From the NCBI GenBank assembly GCA_027262695.1, contig GCA_027262695.1_4722.1: a stretch of 64,000 nucleotides of DNA; one strand, 5' to 3'. This document shows, one piece after another, positions 58,383 through 64,000 of the stretch. Every line of letters starts with the position of its first letter. Within the stretch, counting starts at the first letter, position 1. This DNA is from a phage. A program made the position numbers and the translations under genes. Below the pieces are notes generated by a model. That model did no database searches. It saw only the letters and a list, made by a program, of their open reading frames with translations, and was not told where the DNA came from.

Positions 58383-59667
58383 TGCTGGTTTCCTCAAGTT
58401 CGAGATGCGCGTCAAGATAATCATTAAGACCATCGATGACGTCACAGACAGTTAACAGGAATCGGGCAAAAGCAACCGCCTGGAAGCCGACGACGTTACG
58501 CGCGATACCCACACGTTGAACGATAGCGGATGCTGCGGTATCGTTGTTGTCCATCTGTTGTAGCAAACGTTCATACGGTTGAATCCATTCGTCCTGGTCG
58601 GCAAGGCTTGCTTCAAGACAACGTTTAAATTCCAACTGTCGTAGCGTAGACCATAACGTACTTAATGCGCTGATGATCGCGTTGGTTCCGTCGATAACAT
58701 CGTTTAACGGCAAGAAACGGAATCCGTCTTTTGCTGATTGGAAAGGTACAGCTTCCCATACAACACTGAACTGCGTTCCTGATGCGTCTTCGATGTTGTG
58801 TAATTTAAGATAGGAAGCACCAACAGGTACGTCAACGACCAGATCGTCTGTTCCGGTAGGCGTTAACGGCTTCTCGCATAACGCCTCGTTGATGACCTCG
58901 AGAATATTCTCCCAACAGGCCTCGTTTTCCGCAGCGATACCTTCTTTGTTATCCGCTGATGGTGCTTTTAGTAGCTGCATTAATAACGGATCAAGTTGAC
59001 GATGCCATGCTGCGAGGATTCCTGTGTTCGTTACGATGTTTTCTGCGGTTTGTCGTAAATCAGCAATACTGCTTACCGCACCGCCTTTCGGATGAAGATA
59101 TCGCCAGTTGTAGGGAAAGTTCTCCCAGAATGCGTTATCTTCATCGACGTCGTATTCGGAAATATTTTTCAACGCAGCCGCTTTCTTTAATAGCGGCTTC
59201 ACCTGACGAACGAATCGACGATAACAACGATTACAGATATCGATCGCATAGCGATACAATTCGTTCATGTAAAGCCATAACGCCCGGGTTGCTTCTTTCG
59301 CGGTTTTGTCAAAACTTTCCATGTTTAGGCTCATTCCGTTGGAAGTTTCCTCTTCCATCCCATCGATGATCTGATTGGGATCCATTCCCATCCCAGCCGC
59401 TGCGGTTGAAGCGATATGTTTAATCGTGCTGATATCACGTTCTTCAACTTCGGTCATGTTAGGGACAATATCTAACCGGAGTTTATTTAATGTTTGAAGG
59501 TGCTGTTCACCTTCCTTCATGACGGCGTTCGTTTCATCGAGTGAGTGAAGCTGATTTTCGATATTACCGACATCGAGAATGTTTCCAGCGATACCGAATG
59601 ATTCTACAGGTTCATCATCTATCCCTTGAAACAACGCGGTCATGGGTTGTTGCAACACGTTTTCCAT
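58366..59667 (-). CDS. putative internal head / ejection-type protein, paralog family member
   Basis: 433 aa; IASTAAAGMGMDPNQ and RALWLYMNEL resemble 59823 and 61125 genes. Confidence 0.5.
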   Translation of the reverse strand: MENVLQQPMTALFQGIDDEPVESFGIAGNILDVGNIENQLHSLDETNAVMKEGEQHLQTLNKLRLDIVPNMTEVEERDISTIKHIASTAAAGMGMDPNQIIDGMEEETSNGMSLNMESFDKTAKEATRALWLYMNELYRYAIDICNRCYRRFVRQVKPLLKKAAALKNISEYDVDEDNAFWENFPYNWRYLHPKGGAVSSIADLRQTAENIVTNTGILAAWHRQLDPLLMQLLKAPSADNKEGIAAENEACWENILEVINEALCEKPLTPTGTDDLVVDVPVGASYLKLHNIEDASGTQFSVVWEAVPFQSAKDGFRFLPLNDVIDGTNAIISALSTLWSTLRQLEFKRCLEASLADQDEWIQPYERLLQQMDNNDTAASAIVQRVGIARNVVGFQAVAFARFLLTVCDVIDGLNDYLDAHLELEETSNAADL

Positions 59668-59782
59668 TTAGGACTCCTACGTAGGAAAGATCATGGTGGG
59701 TGATCATGTCCACCATTGTGCGTGGTATGAAGCGTGGCTTCATACCCAAGTCAAAAGATAACCGGTCATCAACACCATAAAA

Positions 59783-59814
59783 CCCTCCTCCAACCCATTA
59801 GGGAAGGAGGAGGG
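59783..59814. terminator. hairpin CCCTCCTCC-AA-CCC-ATTA-GGG-AA-GGAGGAGGG
   Basis: Family member between same-strand genes. Confidence 0.55.
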
Positions 59815-59822
59815 TGCTTATC

Positions 59823-61115
59823 TTATTTTGCTTTCTCGGTTACCGCGTCGAAGTATTTTGCGGCAGCGAAGACAGCTTCGGCGTACTGGCGCACCGACAG
59901 ACGAAGTATTTTCGTGGAGATGGTCATGCCTTGACGTGCCATTTCTGAAACCGCTGCGATGTACGGACGTATGGTCTCTCGATCCACTTCCGGCATTCTA
60001 TCGAGTATATCACCCCATTTTGATTTAATTTTCATGCCAACTAATTTCGCGGTGCGTTCTAGCGTATTTGCCAGCATTTCAACTTCGCTATGATAAGTCG
60101 GCGGTACCTTATAAAACACCCCGAGGTATCCTGTCAAGCCGGTTTCCAGATCCTTCTCATTTTTGAAAATGTTCGGATCGGTAATATCACCTGAACTGAC
60201 GTCGGCTAGTTCGATAGTAATCTGTTTCACCAATTCACAAGCCTTTATTGGGTCGCTTTCTTTTACGACCGCATCAATGCCTTTAACGACGATATGTTTC
60301 CCGGCACTTTCAGGCGCATCAAAACGTTTCAGCGAGACCCTGATGGCTTCGAGGTATTTTACCAGAATAGCATCAAGGGAAGAGATATTTGTCAGTTTTT
60401 CCAGTTCACCGTTCAGGATGGCGATATCGCTCAGGAAATCACTGGAGGAGACCGCCATCTGCGCAAGCTGGCCAATATGCACACCCATGATGTACGCGTT
60501 TGCTGATTTCGCGTTCGGGAACATCGTGAGCATGTTGTCGGTAGGCTTCTCGATTTGCTTCAGTTTACGTTTGCCGTCCTTCACGTCATCTGCAATATCG
60601 TGGATTTTATTGTAAGCATACATCAGATTCTTGAACAACATCTTGAAGAATTTGAAAAGCGCCTCGGCGATATTAGCGATAATAATCCATACCGCATAGA
60701 GCGCTTGCGCCGCACGTTCCTTAAACCCTTCCAGCACGATGGCTTGCCCTTCGACTAACTTGTCGTTAGCCTGGAACATGTCTTCATCAGACATACCCAG
60801 ATTAGCTGCCGATGTTGATGCGATTTGGCGGATAAGCGCAACGTCGCTGGCGCGGGCTTCTGTGATCGTTGGTGCAATTACATAGGCGGTGTCTTCCAAT
60901 GTTGCTGCAGTGCGCAAAGCGATTTCAGCCAGTTCGCTGTTCTCATCGATGCTGTCGTCGGTGTGACGAATCACCAGCTCAACTTCATCTTCCTCAATTT
61001 CTGCGTTAGGATCTTGTTGCTCGGGTGAAATCGATGCAAGAACATCTTCAGCGCTGAGTAAGGCGAGTTCGAAAGCGTTTTTATTGATGTTATCAAAAAG
61101 AGAAATCCGGGCCAT
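59823..61115 (-). CDS. putative internal head / ejection-type protein, paralog family member
   Basis: 430 aa; APTITEARASDVALIRQIASTSAANLGM and VLEGFKERAAQAL align with 61125 gene. Confidence 0.55.
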   Translation of the reverse strand: MARISLFDNINKNAFELALLSAEDVLASISPEQQDPNAEIEEDEVELVIRHTDDSIDENSELAEIALRTAATLEDTAYVIAPTITEARASDVALIRQIASTSAANLGMSDEDMFQANDKLVEGQAIVLEGFKERAAQALYAVWIIIANIAEALFKFFKMLFKNLMYAYNKIHDIADDVKDGKRKLKQIEKPTDNMLTMFPNAKSANAYIMGVHIGQLAQMAVSSSDFLSDIAILNGELEKLTNISSLDAILVKYLEAIRVSLKRFDAPESAGKHIVVKGIDAVVKESDPIKACELVKQITIELADVSSGDITDPNIFKNEKDLETGLTGYLGVFYKVPPTYHSEVEMLANTLERTAKLVGMKIKSKWGDILDRMPEVDRETIRPYIAAVSEMARQGMTISTKILRLSVRQYAEAVFAAAKYFDAVTEKAK

Positions 61116-61124
61116 ATGGGTTCC

Positions 61125-62468
61125 TTAACCTTTAGTGTAGGCTTTAACGAGGGTGTTAATAAAAGAAGTTAGTGCACGAAGGTACTGATAAGCGAATTGG
61201 TTTTCAATACGTTGCTCTTTACTGCAAAGCATGATCGCCCGTTTCACCAGTTTAGGATATATTTCAACGTACGGTTTATAACTGTCGTCGTATTGCTGCG
61301 TATCGAAATTTTTCATGGCTTCATACTGCAGCTTTTCCATCTGACGAACACGAGCACGATCGAAGATCTTGGAGAACGCACGTCCGCGTTGGGTGATTGC
61401 AATCAGATCTTTCGCTAATGAAAGCGGTTTAACGCTACGGAAATCATCCGGTGTGGGTAACGTGTAGTTTTCTGGATCGCTATTCCATTCGGTCACCGCA
61501 TCTTCAACCACAACATCCAATTTCAGATAATTTTCAATCGCAGCAAGAACGTTGTCTTTTGCTGCATTGAATTCTTTTAAGAACACAGCAGCATTAACAT
61601 AACGAATACGTTTACCAGAAACCGCCGGTGTAACTACGTCACTCCCGTCGACGGAACCTCTGTTCTCCAACGCGGTTTTCAATGTATCCAGAAACGACAT
61701 GTAGTCCACAGGAAGTTGGTCAACACGATCTAAACGAAAATCGAATGTCTTCACACCAAGACCGGTGGTAAGGTCGTAACGTGCACCGCCCGCCATGATT
61801 CGGTTGTAGTTCTCAAGGTTCTTCTTAATTTCGTCAACACCACCGACATGATTGCGATTGGAGAAGAGGATACGCCAACCGGCTTTAAACGGCACGGTAA
61901 CCGTTTCTTCTTTACCTTTCGGAAGGTTTTCTAGCGCTTTGATCGCATTCTGGAAATTGCGGGTTTCATCATAGATGATCCGTGTTAATCCTTCCAGGAC
62001 AGCAGCCAGTTGCAGAACAATATCAACAATGATATCCCAGATCTTTTTCAACGCTCGAACTACGGTGTCTTTGAACCCTTCAACAACCAACGCTTCGCCA
62101 ACGGCGATGTTGTCGGTAGGACGAAGCATCGCATCGGAAGGTAAACCTAAAGCAATTGAAGCGGATTCTTGAACGTTACGTACCAGTGCAACGTCACTGT
62201 AATTAGCCGTCTCAATCGTTGGTGCAACATCAAAACTGATTTCTCGTAATGCTTCAACAGCGGGGAAAGCACGATCGAGTGCCTCCTCATGTTCATCGAT
62301 GTTCGCTAAACGGAGTTCAACGCCATCGGCGTCAATGACTTCGGTGGTAGGTTCTACGGCAAGCGCCTCGGCAACGATGGGATCCTTCTCAAAAGCTTCA
62401 AGGCTGATATCACCTTGTGTAGCAAATAGTGGTATACGTACCATGTGATGTCTCCAGTAATAATTCAA
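61125..62468 (-). CDS. putative internal head / ejection-type protein, paralog family member
   Basis: 447 aa; APTIETANYSDVALVRNVQESASIALGL and VVEGFKDTVVRAL. Confidence 0.55.
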   Translation of the reverse strand: MNYYWRHHMVRIPLFATQGDISLEAFEKDPIVAEALAVEPTTEVIDADGVELRLANIDEHEEALDRAFPAVEALREISFDVAPTIETANYSDVALVRNVQESASIALGLPSDAMLRPTDNIAVGEALVVEGFKDTVVRALKKIWDIIVDIVLQLAAVLEGLTRIIYDETRNFQNAIKALENLPKGKEETVTVPFKAGWRILFSNRNHVGGVDEIKKNLENYNRIMAGGARYDLTTGLGVKTFDFRLDRVDQLPVDYMSFLDTLKTALENRGSVDGSDVVTPAVSGKRIRYVNAAVFLKEFNAAKDNVLAAIENYLKLDVVVEDAVTEWNSDPENYTLPTPDDFRSVKPLSLAKDLIAITQRGRAFSKIFDRARVRQMEKLQYEAMKNFDTQQYDDSYKPYVEIYPKLVKRAIMLCSKEQRIENQFAYQYLRALTSFINTLVKAYTKG

Positions 62469-62492
62469 AAGATAAATCAGAGCAGCATAGAA

Positions 62493-62523
62493 CCCTCTCC
62501 CTTCCCTGACGGGTTGGGAGAGG
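62493..62523. terminator. hairpin family member in inverted orientation (CCCTCTCCC-TT-CCC-TGAC-GGG-TTG-GGAGAGGG)
   Basis: Reverse complement gives the AA-CCC-loop-GGG-AA core. Confidence 0.5.
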
Positions 62524-62546
62524 GAATATGTCAGTTTGCTAACTGA

Positions 62547-63878
62547 TTATTTCTGTGCTGCGTCAGCCGGTTTTTCAGCCGCCTGGCCGCCGTACTCTTT
62601 CAGCATTTTAGCAACGCCGTCCAGTACTGCGTTACCCGCCTGAACACCGTACTTCATCAGGCTAACCTGCGGGTTGATGTAGCAAGAACGTGCGTCTTTC
62701 AGTGCAGACAGCACAGTTTTAACACGCTGTTTCTCTTGAGCAGAAACTTCGCCTTTCTTAGCCAGTTCAGCTTCCATATCGTCGCCGAATTTAACAGCGT
62801 CTTTGAAGCCCTGGGATTTCTTACCGATGTTACCTTTCGCAGCCAGCAGTTTATCGGCCAGCGCTTCAACGCTGTTGATCACCGCAGCCATCTGGTTCGG
62901 GGACAGTACATCGGCTTCCTGTTCCATCACGGTGATTGCGTTATTGCCGCGTTCCCAGGTCACTTTACCGTCGGTGGTTTTGAATCCCCAACCGTTCGGA
63001 CCTTTCACATCAGCGATCGCAGGCGCGTTCAGTTTGTCGGTGTACTCAGTATGTGATTTAGACTTAACGAGTTCAACGAATTTATCCGCACGATCGTCAG
63101 CCGCCTTCATTGCTTTCTCGAAGGTATCTGCGATTTTGCTTGATGCACCAGCGATATCGATATCGCCAATATAACCGGTAACAGTGGTGCCCAGTTTAAC
63201 TTTCGCGTTCTTCGGAGAGCCTTTACGTTTGGCGATCATTTCTTTCAGTTTAGCCGCACGTGCTTTCAGCTTGGTTGCACCGTCGAAGATACGATCGATG
63301 AACTTCACGAAGTTGTCCCAGGTGGATTTCAGGAAGTTCTTAATTGCAGTCCACAGTTTCTGCCACCATTTCTGTTCTTCCAGGAAGATCATGTTGGTTG
63401 CATCATAACGGGAAGCGGAACCGCCGAAGCTTTCGAAGGAAGGCATGGTTTCCGGCAGTTTGAAGCCGATAGTACCACACAGACGTTTCAGATTACGCAT
63501 GTGTTCTTGCGCGGTCTGTGCAGACATACCACCGTCTTTCAGATAGCTTTCGGTCGCAACAACGGTTTCCGTCATTTCGTCCATGGCTTCGTCCATGGCT
63601 TCAGCGGTTTCGTCGTCTTTTGCGATTTCGATAACAACAGCATCAACCTGCTCGATGTCACCACGGACTTCGATAGCCAGTTCGGTTTCAGCAGCGGTGT
63701 CTTCAGCGATTTCAGCACGTTCGGTCAGTTCAGCCACAACGGTTTCATCGCCTGCAGCAGCATCGGCTGCCGGTTCTGCTTCAACGGTTGCCGCAGCTTC
63801 CGGATCGATCTCAGCAGCCAGTTGAACCAGCTGTGCGTTAGATGGATTTGCGACAAGACGATCAAAAATAGAAGGCAT
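62547..63878 (-). CDS. hypothetical head-module protein, possibly distant member of the 58366-62468 family
   Basis: 443 aa; highly expressed-type codons; acidic Ala/Glu-rich N-terminus. Confidence 0.5.
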   Translation of the reverse strand: MPSIFDRLVANPSNAQLVQLAAEIDPEAAATVEAEPAADAAAGDETVVAELTERAEIAEDTAAETELAIEVRGDIEQVDAVVIEIAKDDETAEAMDEAMDEMTETVVATESYLKDGGMSAQTAQEHMRNLKRLCGTIGFKLPETMPSFESFGGSASRYDATNMIFLEEQKWWQKLWTAIKNFLKSTWDNFVKFIDRIFDGATKLKARAAKLKEMIAKRKGSPKNAKVKLGTTVTGYIGDIDIAGASSKIADTFEKAMKAADDRADKFVELVKSKSHTEYTDKLNAPAIADVKGPNGWGFKTTDGKVTWERGNNAITVMEQEADVLSPNQMAAVINSVEALADKLLAAKGNIGKKSQGFKDAVKFGDDMEAELAKKGEVSAQEKQRVKTVLSALKDARSCYINPQVSLMKYGVQAGNAVLDGVAKMLKEYGGQAAEKPADAAQK

Positions 63879-63903
63879 AATTTGTTTCCTTTACAATAAA
63901 TTG

Positions 63904-63946
63904 CACATTAGCTAATGCGGCTTAAGCAAGCTGTAATCTTGCTTAA
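63904..63946. promoter_or_regulatory. two adjacent palindromes upstream of 62547-63878
   Basis: CATTAGCTAATG (perfect 12-bp) then TTAAGCAAG-ctgtaat-CTTGCTTAA, 25-70 bp upstream of the minus-strand start. Confidence 0.35.
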
Positions 63947-64000
63947 AAGCCCTTAAAACCCGGTGCCATAGGTTGCCCAAACACCGCATTTAAAGTACAT

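Noticed and set aside
1-64000. Integrated prophage with att sites or integrase
   Set aside because: No integrase-like ORF, flanking host gene or tRNA seen; uniform phage-like content supports a virulent phage genome segment, though the window edges limit this conclusion.

Overview
The window reads as a contiguous piece of a large virulent tailed-phage genome (myovirus-like, possibly jumbo-phage scale). It is densely coding, mostly on the minus strand, with short overlaps and ATGA-type stop/start coupling. I saw no rRNA, tRNA, CRISPR array, IS element or host housekeeping gene. Layout: (i) 1-11.6 kb holds a recombination/repair cluster (RuvC-like resolvase, SbcC/Rad50-like ABC ATPase), small early-type genes, and a tandem triplicated paralog family of unknown function; (ii) 11.6-12.6 kb is an AT-rich non-coding island packed with TTATCT iterons and nested palindromes; (iii) 12.6-28 kb is a tail-fibre module (proteins with NPH-x-VTKAQVGLGNV repeats, one with a C-terminal S74-type autoproteolytic chaperone domain), a GH108 endolysin and a 4-member structural paralog family; (iv) 28-64 kb is a head-morphogenesis-like module (portal-like 972 aa protein with acidic tail, codon-optimised 740 aa putative major capsid protein, further paralog families). 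The most striking non-genic signal is a family of at least 11 GC-rich hairpins at gene boundaries with a conserved core and compensatory stem changes. All functional calls rest on motifs read by eye; no database search or computation was run, so names are hypotheses and start codons are approximate.
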